From assembly GCF_009914755.1 (NCBI RefSeq), contig NC_060933.1: a stretch of 64,000 nucleotides of DNA. The stretch is one strand, 5' to 3'. A model generated the notes under the pieces. It ran no database searches. It was not told the origin of the DNA and saw only the letters and a program-made list of their open reading frames with translations. This document shows positions 18,200-32,700 of the stretch, one piece after another (position 1 is the first letter of the stretch; every line of letters begins with the position of its first letter). Source of the DNA: the human T2T-CHM13v2.0 reference genome, Homo sapiens. The position numbers and the translations under genes are program-made.

Positions 18200-19330
18200 T
18201 CAGACTAACGCAGACCCACCAGGCAGAGGCCTGGAGAGATGCCTCAAGGGACCCAAACTCGTGGGTACGGGGTCACGGGTCACCCGCCCGTCTATCCTGT
18301 TTCCAGGGTCGTCCGCGCAGGAGGCTGCCCCTCTCTGCACAGGCGCCAGGAAGGGCGGTCCGGCCTCCATCCAGCCCAGACAGGGTCAGAGCGAAGCCTG
18401 GGAGGCCACGAAGCCGGCTCTCCGCATCACGGCTTCCACCGGATTCGCGGGGGTGGAGTGCGTCCGAAAAGAACTGAGGAGGCTCCCGCCGGAGCTGCAG
18501 GACCCAGCTCTTCACCTCGGTTCCCTTGAGCACAAGCTTGGTAGACTTCACATAAGAATACTAGGCCATGGCTCCGGGAGACTTCTGCGCGGAGAGGCTG
18601 AAGCCGGCTCAGGAAGAGTATGTGACCTGGAGCAGCACCAGGGCGGGGAGGAACAGAAGTGGAGGCGAAGTAAACACTCCCCGACAGCGTAGGTCTGTCC
18701 AGAACCCGCCTCCGTCTTCACCCAAACACTGAATGGCTGAGATTTCCACTTCCGGGTTTCTGCTGGGGAGCTATGGCGGCTGCAGAGGGCCGAAAGGTGT
18801 CTGCGCGCATCTGCTCCCTGGCGCCCTCTCGAGGAGCCCCTGAGGATTCGTGCCTCCCAGAGGTGGGGAAAGCCCGCCCGAGGCGCCGGTGCTGACGGTG
18901 GCGGGGCTGCCGGGCACGCTGTGGAACTGCCTCCCGCTAGAGCTGCGGGCTGGCGACGGTCCCGTGGGGGCGGGAAGCGGCTCAGGGTGCCCTCGCCGGC
19001 CTGCGGCGGCGCGTCTGGGAGCGCAGGCCACTCGTGCGCGGGTCACTCGGGGCTGTGCCTCGCGCGACTGTGTGTGCAGGAAACAAGGAGGAAATACCCT
19101 AAAATGGAATGAAGCGCCATGTTGAGGGCCGCGGATGTCGCGAGTGCTGTGGGAATGTGGGCTGAGGTGGAGAGTTATGGTGGAGGAAGCTAGTCCTGTC
19201 TGATGGAGGAAACAGGGCAGAGGCGTGGAGGGAGACGCACAGTGCTGGTGTGAGGAGCCGCGAGCAGGCCAGGCCTGTAAAGCAGCGTGATGGGAACCAG
19301 GATAGAGAAGGCAAGTCGGGGTCCTGTGGT
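18200..19330. promoter_or_regulatory. CpG island / probable bidirectional promoter of the FRG1 copy
   Basis: GC- and CpG-rich versus AT-rich flanks; ETS/GABPA ACTTCCGG 18748-18755, YY1-like ATGGCGGC 18773-18780, NRF1-like TGCGCGCA 18802-18809; no TATA box seen. Confidence 0.85.
18508..18569 (-). pseudogene. FRG1: FRG1-paralogue exon 1 coding part (62 nt)
   Basis: ATG GCC TAG TAT TCT TAT GTG AAG TCT ACC AAG CTT GTG CTC AAG GGA ACC GAG GTG AAG AG; TAG at codon 3 (18561-18563); expected GT donor reads CT (18507-18506). Confidence 0.95.
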
Positions 19331-19362
19331 CGCTGAAGAATTTGAATGAAATCACTAAACAG
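18770..19362 (+). ncRNA. Possible first exon of a divergent lncRNA (FRG1-DT-like)
   Basis: Plus-strand YY1 orientation; candidate donors GAAAG|gtgtct (~18796) and AAACAG|gtgaga (~19362); FRG1 is known to have a divergent transcript. Transcription cannot be seen in sequence. Confidence 0.35.
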
Positions 19363-19430
19363 GTGAGAGGGATCCATCGCAAGAGCATGGGATGAAACGA
19401 GCAGTAGTCCACGGTGATTCCTCTGCAGCG

Positions 19431-19500
19431 GTGGGTATTATTAATCGCGTATGTGACACCAAAACGTGGGTATTATTGATAGCTTATGTGACACCAAAAC
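19431..19500. repeat. 35-bp tandem duplication
   Basis: gtgggtattattaatcgcgtatgtgacaccaaaac x2, 3 mismatches. Confidence 0.9.
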
Positions 19501-20794
19501 CACCCCATTTAAGCTGTGGCTCTTTCCCTAAAGTAGAAAACAGAGATCAGTTGGGTTCCAAGCATCCACGAAGATCTTATTAAATTCGTGATCCCTGGTG
19601 GCACCATGGAGTCAGGATTGGCTCATCTCAAACCTGACTCAGAAACAAAACCATCTCAATGGGCAGAGATGAGCGTCCTTACCCGCTATCATAACGTATT
19701 TTCTGGTGTTTTCACAGTGCTGCGCTTCCTAATCCCCATTCTAGGGCAATCTACATGCCATGATGCCCAGAGGCATTAACAAAGGAGACACACAGGGGCT
19801 CCTCACGTTGGCTTTCCATGGTTTTGATGAAAATCTGTTTCCTCATCTCATACAATGTGGTCCGTAATAGTATCATTTAGGGTTGAAGAATTAAATGGTA
19901 CAAATTATATAGGGTGCTTATGATAACCTACATGGAAAATGCCTAGGATATGTTAGCTATGCTCATCACCAACATCGTTATATGATGGTAATAATCAGAT
20001 AGTCAGGAAGGCTGACACCAAGAAAATGGATACATGCTCTGAGGGAATGAATGTGGAGAGATCAGAAGGTCAAGAACAAAGCCTTACAACATGTCTGCAG
20101 TAAAGGGATAGAGAAAAGAAAGGCTATAAAAGAAGGAATGAAACAGAGTAAAATTATAAAATCAAAGCTAAGGAGAATTTCCAGAAAGGGTAATATCATT
20201 TAATATCATAGAAGTTTAGGAACACAAGATGGAAAAAAGGCCTCTGGGTAACTGACATTGAGGCAGTCTTTAGGGAAGCTCCATTTCTGACAGAGTAGAC
20301 ACCAAGTCAGCTTGAAGCAGGGACAAGTTGAAGAAGCTGTTGGCTGGTCGCATGGGGAAATAAATAAGGGATGGCATATGCCATATTTCTGGATTTCTTT
20401 CTTTCTTGCCCAGCCTCTATATATGCATAGAGTTTGGTGAAAACTTACAAAAAATAAAAATGAAACCAATTTTGTTTGTTGACTCAAATACAATGCTTTG
20501 TGTTAGAATCAAGATAAATTCATGCCTCTCCCTTCTATTGTCACCGTCAGTTTTGAAATTAAACATCAGCTTTTCTTCTTCATTAAAATCATTTTCAACT
20601 CCTCCCAGGTGTTGGTGGTTTGGGGGAGTTACATAAGCAGTCAGGTCTTGATGAGTAGAGGAGGAGGGAACAAACACTTTCAGCAAAGGCAGAATTCTGA
20701 AATTCTGCTCGTATTTTTCTCCAGTAACTTTCCTATGTTTGTGAGGTTATTCAGTCATAATGATCCTAGTGAAATTTTTTTCAAGCTTGACTAA

Positions 20795-20945
20795 TCGTAA
20801 TCACTGTGGACGTTTGTTTAAAATGTGTATTCCCAGGCCTCTCTCCTGCTGATTCTGATTCAGGAGATCACGGATGGAACTCAGAATACATGTGTTTGAC
20901 AAATACCACAAGTGGTTCTTATGGTCAGGGAAATTTGGGACTCTA
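20795..20945. mobile_element. MER5-type hAT MITE
   Basis: attcccaggcc..gattctgattca..tttgacaa..gtggttcttatg. Confidence 0.7.
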
Positions 20946-22089
20946 ACCAGAAATTTATGTTTTTATGACTGGCAGCTAGAAAAGATTCCTAGAGTCTTTG
21001 CTTTTTGAAAATAAAATATTTCTTTTTTAAAAGGAAAATTGTATGACTAGATACAACATTTATACATGTGGCACATGTACTGTACTGTGTGCTTTTGTCA
21101 TATTTACAGTTGAAGATGTGTAAGAACACTCTGAGAAAAATTATCTATTAAATGCAAAGAGGGGTAAGTCAGGGTGGGGGAGAAATGGGAAGGGTGTGCT
21201 TATTGTTGCTAAAAGGTAGAAAAGCCAGAATGATAGCATCTAAGGTTGCAAATAGCACATTGTAAGTTGAGGGAGCTTCATAATCATGTCTGAAACCTTC
21301 TTTGATATACTGAGTTGTAAACAGTGGCTTTGGACAAGATTTGAGGGAGAAACCAACTATGCTTTAAAGTGTTCATTTAAAAGGCTTTAATTAAAGGAAA
21401 GTCTTTATATTTACTTGAGCTAATTTAACTTCAGGACTTTAACAAATTACTAGCCCTTAACCTCTTAAAAATTGTCTTTCATTTCAAATGAAAGTTTAAG
21501 GTGGCCTTTATGTTTGATTGGTATACTTATGCGAAGACTTAACAGCAAGGTACTGTACATTTCTAAATGTTTACTTCTTAATTTTGCTGGAAGAAATATA
21601 CTACTCAATTGATTATTTTTAAAGCAAAGTAAAACAATTTATTTTGACAAGCGACACTGTATTTTCCCAGTTTTCTGGTGGCAAAGATTAGGCTTAACAT
21701 CACTAATCATCAGAGAAATGCAAATCAAAACCAAAACGAGATACCATCCTACACCAGTCAGAATAGCTACTATTAAAAAATCGAAAAACAGCAGATCTTG
21801 GGAGGCTGTGGAGAAAAGGGAACATTTACACATAATTGGTGCGAATGTAAATTAGTTCAACCACTGTTGAAAGCAGTTTGGAAATTTCTCAGAGAATTTA
21901 AAATAGAAATTCCTTTCAAGCCAACAACTCCATTACTGGTATATGACCCAAAGAAAGTCAGTTATTCTACCAAAAAGAGATATGCACTTGCATGTTCATC
22001 GCAACACTATTCACAATAGCAAAGACATGGAGTCAGCCTAGGTGCCCATCAACAGTGGATTGGATCAATAAAATGTGGTACATCCACAC

Positions 22090-22500
22090 AGTATTATTAG
22101 GCCATTCTTGCATTGCTATGAAGAAATACCTGAGACTGGGTAATTTGTAAGGAAAAGAGATTTAATTGGCTCATAGCTCTGCAGGCTGTACGGGAAGCAT
22201 GGTGACGGCATCTGCCTGGCGCCTGTGGAGTCTCCAGGGAGCTTTTACTCATGATGGAAGGCCAAGAGGGAGTAGGTACTTCACATGGCCAGAGCAGGAG
22301 CAAGAGAGAATGGGAGTAGGGGTAAGTACCACACACCCTTACACAACCAGATCTTGAAAGAATTCACTATCACAAGGACGGCATCAGGCCATGAGAGATC
22401 CACCCCCATGACCCAAACACCTCCTACCAGGCCTCACCTCCAACACTGAGGATTACATTTCACCATGAGATTTATAGGGGCCACCTTCCAAACCATTTCA
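22090..22500 (-). mobile_element. MST-type MaLR solo LTR
   Basis: ttaggccattcttgcattgctat...aaaccatttca; 5-bp TSD cacac. Confidence 0.88.
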
Positions 22501-22755
22501 CACACCATGGAATACTATGCAGCCATAAAAATTAACAAAATCATGTCCTTTGAAGCAACTTGGATGCAGCTGAAGGCCATTATCCTAAGTAAATTAATGC
22601 AGGAATACAAAATGAAATACCACGTGATCTCACCTATAAGTGGGAGCTAAACACTGGGTACTCATGGACATAAAGATGGAAAGAATAAACACCGGGACTA
22701 CTAGAGGGGAGAAGGAGGAAGGCAAGGTTTGACAAACTATTGGGTACTATGCTCA

Positions 22756-23137
22756 TGTATTAATCTGTTCTCACACTGCTATATAGAACTACCTGAGGCT
22801 GGGTAATTTATAAAGAAAAGAGGTTTAACTGACTCACAGTTCCACAGGCTGTACAGGAAACATGGCTGGGAGGCTTCAGGAAACTTATAATCATGGCAGA
22901 AGGTGAAGGGGGAAGCAAGGCACGTTCTACCATGGTGGCAGGAGAGCAAGTGAGCCAGGGGGGATGTGCCATATGTTTAAACCATCAGATCTCATGAGAA
23001 CTCACTTACCACCTAAGAACAGCAAGGGGGAAATCTGCCCTCATGAGCTAATCACCTCCCACCAGGTCATTCCCCCTACTTTGGGAATTACAATTCAACA
23101 TGAGATTTTTATGGGGACACAGAGTCAAACCATACCA
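22756..23137 (-). mobile_element. MSTA-type MaLR solo LTR
   Basis: tgtattaatctgttctcacactgct...gggacacagagtcaaaccatacca. Confidence 0.88.
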
Positions 23138-24419
23138 AATCAGCATCTGGATGATGGGATCATTCATACCCCAAAACTCAGCAATATGAGATATACCCAT
23201 GTAACAAACTGGCACATGTACCCCTGAATGTAAAATACAAGTTAAAATTATTTTCAAAATAAATTAATTAATGAATAAATAAATATGATTAAATGAAATT
23301 AAAATTTTGAATTAAAAAATTTGAGAGTGATTTCAGCTTGACAGTTATGTAAGTTATGTAAATTGAAACAGTGAGTTCTATAGGGTTTGGATCAATTGCA
23401 TTATCTGTACTAAGTTGATGACCAGTTGTTTGGATGAAAAGAAAAGAGGTGAAACATATAGATCTAACAGGAAAAAAATGGACCAGTTTTTATGATAGCA
23501 AAAAGAAGAATGGAGGAAATAGGACTGAGGTTATAGTGATTGATAGATATTAATAGACGACTAAGTCAAAAGCCATTGGCTGCAGAAAATATTGATTAAT
23601 TTTGTTTTATTGCAGTCAGACAAAAAAATCCTATAACCTGCCTCTAGAGAAAACCCTTTTAGCCCTATAATTATCTTTATTCCAAGCACCATTCCATTCA
23701 TTAAGTAGTGTATAGGGTGATTAATAAGTGAATTATTCATAGAATTAAGACAAAATTTTTGAGTATTACAGGATATTAATAGTATAGCCAATGAACTAAA
23801 ATAAAATTTGACTAGAGGTATGATCACCATGAATGCCATGTTGGTCTCTTGTTAGATTTGGCAACCTAAAGTTGACAAATTTATTAATAAATAAACATTC
23901 CTTGATGATTAATTTACATTTAGTAGACCTGCTCTTTCTTCTTCCTTCCCTTTCTTATTCATTCATTCATTCATTCCTACAGAGCAGTGACTTTCATTCT
24001 AAGATTCCCAGAATCCTAAGGAATTCTTGAATGTCATCATAGGGAGCCAGGTGTGAGGATTCCTAAAAATTGTACTTAATACTTGAAAAATCTCAAAAAG
24101 TTATATATTTACACCAGAAAAATCTATACAGGTTTTAAGTTATATGTATATAGTTGAATACTTTTTATTTCTATCCAGTACTAAGTCATTAGAGTTAATA
24201 ATGTTGATTATTTCATACTGACCTAATGGGTAGCCTTTATATATCATTGATTACTTATTAGTAAAATAAGAACCCCCCCAAAATTACAAAATAAATATAT
24301 TTTGTGGGTTTTTCTTAAGGCTTTTGAAACATAAAATCAGAGGAGGGGATTAAAAGTAATCCTTGATTATTAGAAAGGCAGCGAACTACTAACTTAGAAA
24401 ATTGTATGAAAACAGCAAG

Positions 24420-24605
24420 ATATATACATGGCCCTCAGGCCAGCTGCCTGTTTTAATAAAGTTTTATTGGAGCACATCCATGGATCTATGGGGCTTTCCT
24501 GCTACAATGGTAGAGTTGAATGGTTGCTATAGAGACCGTATGGTTTGCAAAGCCTAAAATATTTTTCATCTGGTCCTTTATAGCAAAAGTGAACCCAGTT
24601 TTAGA
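24420..24605. mobile_element. MER58A-like MITE
   Basis: aataaagttttattgg...gcaaagcctaaaatattt..tctggtcctttatag. Confidence 0.75.
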
Positions 24606-24628
24606 ACATTCACTTTACAAATTAAGAT

Positions 24629-25578
<950 letters not shown>

Positions 25579-27038
25579 TTTTTGCTAACCAAAAGTTTAC
25601 TTTGATGAAGATGGAATTATAAATACAATAATTTAAGTTTAAATAATTAGAATGGTAATGGTTAATACAATTTAGTATGCCTAAAAATCACTTGAAAAGC
25701 TTACTAACAATGTAAATTCTTGTGCCTTAGGCCTGAGATTTTGATTCAATAGGTCTAGCATGGGGCATAGGAATCTGTATTTTTAGGAATGATAAAGGAA
25801 AATTGCTTAAAATAGGGTAAATTATAACTTACAAATATAAAATGAACACTTGTCTAAGATTTTTGTTTAACTCGTTTGTTTAATGAGGGAGCCAGTAAGA
25901 TGTTATACTGAGTTTTATGGAAAATTAAAAGAGCCACACATATCTAGGCACTAAGGAACACTGAAATAAATTTGCTTGATAGGTTCAAAACTGAATTCTT
26001 GATGGAAGGTGGGAAAAGGAAAATTAATTATACTTCCACCAAAATCAATCATTTGCCTGTCTATAAACATGAATATTTGCATTACTATCAGTAATCTACA
26101 ACTAACAGAATTGCAAATAACAAAGAAAACAAAAGGCACAGAGACCCCATAGAAACAGATAACTCAGGTTATTCTAGACAAGGCTGAGATTTCCATTAAA
26201 GACACTCAGTGGTAATTTCGTTGGTCCATCTTAAAATCTTTCCATTTTCTCCTGAAACAAATTGCTCAAGCAATTCAAATACAATGAATGTGGTCAGTGG
26301 GTCACACCTGGAGAAATCATTTTCTAACCTGTAATCAAGACTGAATTACTCCCTTCACTGGAAAGAATAAAATATTACCACATAAATTCGTATTATGATA
26401 ATGGCCCACTATGAATGCTTTGGTGTTCTTAATTTTCTTAAGATTTATTAATATTTCTGAAGTAACTACTAAATGCCAAGCAATATATTTTCTAATTTAA
26501 TCTTTCATTGACTTTTACTTTCACTTCAATTGAGCTACTCACTTTCATGGCTATAAACTTAACTTTTCAATCACTTAAAAATTGATTTCTAATGTTATAA
26601 ACTTTAATGTTCCACTCTGTGACCTGCTCTTTCAGACTCTTCCTTACTGCCAATTCACCTTCTCTTCTATCTCTTCCAGTGCCTCAGTATCTTGACTCTT
26701 CAATTTTCTTTTTTCTTTGCTTTTATTAAGTAGATACATGATAATTTCACATGTTGATGGGGTACAATGTGGTATTTTAATACATGACGCATTGTTAAAA
26801 CCTCTCCTCCCTATCTTTCCCAGTCTGGCAACCACTCTTCTATATTAGATCAGTGTTTCTGGTAACCACTCTTCTACTCTTTATTAGATCAGTGTTTTTA
26901 GATTTCACATATAAATGAGATCATGTGATATTTGTCTTACCGTGGTTAGCTTATTTCACTTACCACAATGTCGTCTATGCTCATTCATGTTGTCACAAGT
27001 GACACGATTTTACCCTTTATTATGGCCAAATGTGCATA

Positions 27039-27331
27039 TGATATAGTTTGGATATTTGTCCTGACCCATATCTCATGTTATATTGTAATCCCCACTGTTA
27101 GAGATGGGGCCTGGTAGGGGGTGTTTGGGTCATGGAGGTGGATCCCTCATGGCTTGGTGCTATCCTCATGATAGTGAACGAGTTCCCAAGCTTCCTGACT
27201 AGTCAAGCAGATGTTGGCATTATGCTCCCTGTACAGCCCATGGAACCAGGAGCCAATTATGTCTCTCTTCTTATAAATTATCCAATCTCAGGTATTTCTT
27301 TATTCTTGCAATGCAAGAATGACCAAATACA
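27039..27331 (+). mobile_element. MSTB-like solo LTR, internally deleted
   Basis: tgatatagtttgga...ccaaataca; TSD gcata. Confidence 0.88.
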
Positions 27332-29504
27332 GCATATATGCCACATTTTCTTTCTCCATTCATTCATTGATGGACACTTAGGTTGATTCTAGGCTATTGT
27401 GAATAGTGCTGTAATAAACATGAGAGTCCAGAAATCTCTTTGACATACTGATTTAATATTCTTTGAATATATACCCAGTAGTGGGATTGCTGGATTATGT
27501 GATAAGTCTATTTTTAATGTTTTTGGAAGTTATATTGTATTCCATACCAATTGCTCTAATTTACATTTCCACCAACAGTGTATGAACATTCCCCTTTCTT
27601 CACATCCTTGCCAGCATTTGTTATTTTTTGACTTTTTCATAACAAGCATTCTAAGCAGGGTGAGATGATATCTCACTGTGGATTTGGCTTGCATTTCTCT
27701 GATTATTAGTGATGGTGAGCATTTTTTCATATACCTGTTGGTGATTTTTTTGTCTTATTTGGAGAAATGTCTATTCAGCTATCTTGACTATTTCCTAATC
27801 CAATTATTTGTATTTTTGCTATTGAGTTGTTTGAGTTTTCTATAAATTTGGGGTATTAACCCCTTATGAAGTGAATAGATTGCAGATATTTTCTCCCATT
27901 TTGTAGGTTGTCTCTTCACTCTCATGATTGTTTCCTATGCAGTGCAGAAGTTTTTATTTGGTGTTATCCCATTTGTTTATTTTTGCTTTTGTTGTGCATG
28001 TCTTTTGATGTCTTTTCTAAAAAGTCCTTGCCCAGACCAATGACATATAACATTTCACCTATGTTTTCTTCTACTAGTTTCATAGTTTGGGGTCTTACAT
28101 TTAAATATTTAATTTATTTTGAGTTGATTTTTTTATATGATGAGATATAGGGGTCTACTTTCATTCTTTTGTATGTGGATATGCACTTTTCCCAGCACCA
28201 TTTGTTGAAAAGACTGTCTTTTCCCAATTGAATGTTTGCACCTTTGTCTAAAATAAGTTTCATGTAAATATGTGCATTTATGCCTGAGCTCTCTATTTTT
28301 GTTCCACTGGTCTACATGCCTGTTTTTATGCCAATACCATGCTGTTTTAGTTAGGATAGCTTTGTAATATATTTTGAAATTAGATAGTGTAATACCTCTA
28401 GCATTGCTCTTTTTGCTTAAGATTTATTTGGCTATTTGGGGTGTTTTGTAGTTTCACATGGATTTTAAGATATTTTTTAATATCTGTGAAGAATGAAGTT
28501 GGAAATTTGATAGAGATTATATTGGATTTATAGATTGATTTGAGTAGTATGGTCATTTCAACAATATTAATTCTTCTAGTCCATGAACATGGGATATCTT
28601 TCTATTTATTTTAATTTTTTAAATTGCTTTTATCAATGTTTAATAATTTTCATCTTTCTGTGGCTTAATTTACTTATAGGTATTTTGGTTTTTTATAGCT
28701 ATTTTAAATGGGATTATTTTCTTGATTCCTTTTTCAGATAGTCTGCTATTGTTGTAGAGATGTTACTGAATTTTTATGTAGCTTTTGTATCCTGAAACCT
28801 TATTGTATTCATTTACTATTTCTGATTCTCAGTGGTGTATTTAGGGTTTTTTACATATATGATCATGTCGTCTGCAAAGAGGGACAATTTGACTTTTTTT
28901 TCCAATTTGGATGCCTTTTATTTCTTTCTCTTACATAATTGTTATGACTAGGACTTCCAGTACTATGTTGAAAAAAGTGATTAAAGTGAACATCCTTGTC
29001 TTGTTCCAGATCCTAGAGGCAAAGCTTTCAAGTTTTCACCATTCAGTATAATGTTGCCTGTGGGTTATCACATATGGTCTTTATTTTATTATGTTGTTTT
29101 ATAACTAATTTGTTAAAAGGTTTGATCATAAAAGGATGTCTAATTTTGTCAGATGCTTTTTCTGCATCTATTGAAATGATTATATGCTTTTTATCCTTCT
29201 TTGTTTAATGCGATGTATCACATTTTATTGATTTACATGTATTAGACTATCCTTACCTCCCCGGGTAAATACCACTTGATTATGGTGAATAATCTTTTTA
29301 ATGTGCTTTTGAATTATCATTGCTAGAACTGCTGGTTTTGAATGTTTGCATCTATGTTTATCAATGATATTGGCCTGGAGTTTTCAAAGAGTTCCCTCCT
29401 TTTCATTTTTTTGAAATAGTTTGTAAATAATTTGTATAAGTTTTTAAAATGTTTTGTAGAATTTGTCAGCAAAAACCACCAAGTCATGAACTTTTCTTTC
29501 TTCC

Positions 29505-29785
29505 TCTATTTTTTTAGAGACAGGGTCTCACTCTATCACTGAGGCTGGCATACAGTGGTGCAGTCATAGCTGACTGCAGCCTCAAACTCCTGGTCTTAAG
29601 TGATCCTCCTGCCTCAGCCTCCTGAGTAAAAGTACATACCACTATACCTGGGGAATTTTTATTTTTATTTTTAGAGATGCAGTCTCATTGTGTTGCCCAG
29701 GCTAATCTTGAACTCCTGGCCTCTAGTGATTCTCCTGCCTTGGGCTACTAAACTGTGAGATTACAGATGTGAGCTACTGTGTAAA
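29505..29785 (-). mobile_element. AluJ
   Basis: Reverse dimeric Alu with J-type diagnostics. Confidence 0.85.
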
Positions 29786-32700
29786 GTCTTTTGGATTTTT
29801 CTTGACTGAGAGCCTAAATCACTCCTTCAATCTAATAATTTTCATTGGTGTGTTCACATTTTCTACTTCTTCTTTCTTCAATTTTGATGGGTTATATGTG
29901 TCCAGAGCATACGTATTTCTTCTAAGTTTTTCAATTTATTGACATATAATTGTTTGTAGTACTTACTCACGATTCCTTATATTTCTCTAGAGTCTATCAT
30001 AGTATATCCTTTTTCATCTCTGATTTTATGTGAATTTTCTCTTTTTTTCTTAGTCTGACAAAACATTTGTCAATTTTACCTTTTCAAAAAAGATTCCTTC
30101 ATTTAATGACTCATTTGTATTTTTTGTCTTCATTTTGTATATTTGTGCTCTGATCTTTATATTCTTTAGCTAATTTGGGTCTTAGTTTGTTCTTGATTTT
30201 ATAGTTCCTTGAAATACATTGTTAGATGCTTTATTCATTATCTTTCTTCTTTATTGATGTTGAAATGTATTGCTATAAACTTCCCTCTAAGAACTGTTTT
30301 GCTGTATTTCATAAGTTTTCATATGTTCTGATTTCATTTTTATTTGTCTTAAGACGTTTTAAAATTAAATTTTTTTCATTGACCCTTTGGTTGTTTAGGG
30401 ATATGTTGTTTAATTTGTATGTATTTGCACAATTTCTGAAGTTCCTCCTGTTGTTTATGTCTAGCTTTATTCCATATGGTCAAAAAAACAAGTGATATGA
30501 TTTGATTTTTTGATTAGCTAAGACTTGTTTTGTGCTCTAACATATCTATCATGGACAATATTCCATATGCAGGTGAAAAGACAGTGAATTATGCAATTGT
30601 TGGATGAAATGTTATGTAAATAACTGTTAAATTCTTTTGATCTAGAGTGCAGTTTAAATGTTTCTTTGTTGACATTCTCTCTCAATGATCTGTTCATTGC
30701 TGAAAATGGGATGTCGAGGTTTCTTACTATTATTGTACAGTTTTTGGTCTCTCCTTTTAGATCTATTAATGTTTGCTTTATATATTTAGGTTCTCCAATG
30801 TTGAGGGCATTATATATTTACAATTATTGTATTCTCTTGTTGTACTGACCCCTTTATTATTACATAATGGCCTTGTTTGTCTGTGTTTACAGTTTTTTAT
30901 ACTTGAAGTCTATTTTATTTGATATAAATATAACTACTTCTGCATTCTTTTGATTTCCATTGTCATAAAATATATTTTTCCATCTGATCACTTTCAATTT
31001 ATGTGTGTATTTACAGGTGATGGGAGTCTCTTGTAGAAAGAATATAGTTAGGTCTTGTTTTTAATCCATTTACCCATTCTCTGTCTTCTTACTGGATAAT
31101 TTAATCTATGTACATTCAAGGTAATTATTGATAGATAAGGACTTGTACTGCCATATACTGTTTTCTTGTTGTCTTTTAGAATTTTTGTACCTTTTTGTCC
31201 CTTTGCTGTCTTCCTTTGTAGTTAAGTGATTTTCTCTGTGTGTTTTTGTTTCTTGTTCTTTTATTTTTAGTGTATCTAATAAAAATGTTTGCCTTTTGGT
31301 TACTATGAGGCATGCGAAGAATATTTTATAGTTTCAATAGGTAATTTTGAATGGATAACAACTTAATTTTGATAATAAGAAATGGGGAAAAGCAATCACT
31401 CTGCTCTTTAACTCAATCACTCCCCCACATTTTGCATTTTTGATGTCTTAATTTACATCTTTTATATCACTTATCTCTTAACAAATTATTGTAGTTGTTA
31501 TTATTTTTGTTTTGTATTTTAACCTTCTTACTAAAAACATGTAAGTGGTTTACATTCAATTATTACTATATTAGAGCATCCTGAATTTGTCTGAATATTT
31601 ATTTTTACCTGCAGATTTATACCTTCCAATTTTTTGTATTACAAATTAGTGCCCTCTTCTTTCAGTTTGAAGACTGTTCTTTAACATTTCTTTGGTATGA
31701 TTTGGCATAGTTTTTTCCCATTATTTTAAATTCTTTGTTGAATTTCTCATAAATTTCCATATTGTTTCTCTGTACTTTGTTGAAGTGCACAGATTTTTTT
31801 TTAAAAAAAAACAGCTATTTGAATTTTTTTGTCTGCCCCATCATTCATTTGCATGTCTTTAGGTTCAGTTGCTGACACCTTGTTTTCTCCATTTGGTGAG
31901 GCGGTTTTTCCTAGGCTATTCTTATTTTTTGTAGATGTACATCTCTTTCTACACATTGATGAATTAAATATTTATTTCAATCTTCTCAGTCTGGGTTTGT
32001 TTTTGACTGTTTCTCAGTGGGCTTGTTTAGAAATTCTATGTGGATTTCCATTATATTCCATTTTAGCATTAGGAGGTGCCCAAAGCAAAGGTTAGACATA
32101 AGTCTTGCAATAGGGCTTCACCACTGATACAATGTAAATGGATGGGCCCATGGGTGATCCACAGAAAGGCTGCTGTCTGTTGGGGGAGAACAAGTCAGGC
32201 CATCAAATCTGGACAGTCTGTGTATCATGTTTCCCACAATGTGGTGCCCATAAACAACCTGTCTGGTATAATGTTTCCTCTGGTAGGAATGGCTAGCCAC
32301 TGCTAAGTTTCATATAGTAAGTATCGCTAACCCAATCCCTTCTCTATGTCCCTAGCATGCCTCTGGTGGTTCAGCTCTGTTGACACTCATGGTGCTGCTT
32401 GTGGGCTGATGCAGGAGTGAGTCTACTGTGAAGGCACTCAGTATGGTGGAAAAAATATTCAACTTCTGCTCACTTTATTCAGTGTAAGAACTGTGAGTTC
32501 AGGAGGACTTTGTGCATATAATACCTTTATGTCCAGGGGGAAAAGTATCACAGTCACAGAGTACTGTTTCCCTTACTGTCCAAGCATGGTTTTACTCCTC
32601 TTTGCAGTCCAAAGGGGCTTCATAGACTCACTCATGTATTCAGGGTTCATTAGCTCTTGTAAAGGTAATTTCATATGTGGATAGTTGTTCATATAGATGT

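Larger units (their letters stand above)
21695..23290 (+). mobile_element. L1 3' end (L1PB/L1MA age) with two nested MaLR LTRs
   Basis: catcactaatcatcagagaaatgcaaatc...cacatgtacccctgaat, A-rich tail. Confidence 0.85.

Noticed and set aside
18147-19412. Long overlapping ORFs (181 aa, 213 aa, others)
   Set aside because: Stop-poor GC-rich CpG island; only the 62-nt FRG1 exon has recognisable homology
20560-20640. PARG catalytic-loop resemblance (N..GGV....EE..F)
   Set aside because: Lacks the GGG and QEE signature; short-motif coincidence is likely
23520-23870. Possible mitochondrial insertion (ND2-like composition)
   Set aside because: No alignable mitochondrial protein or tRNA motif on translation
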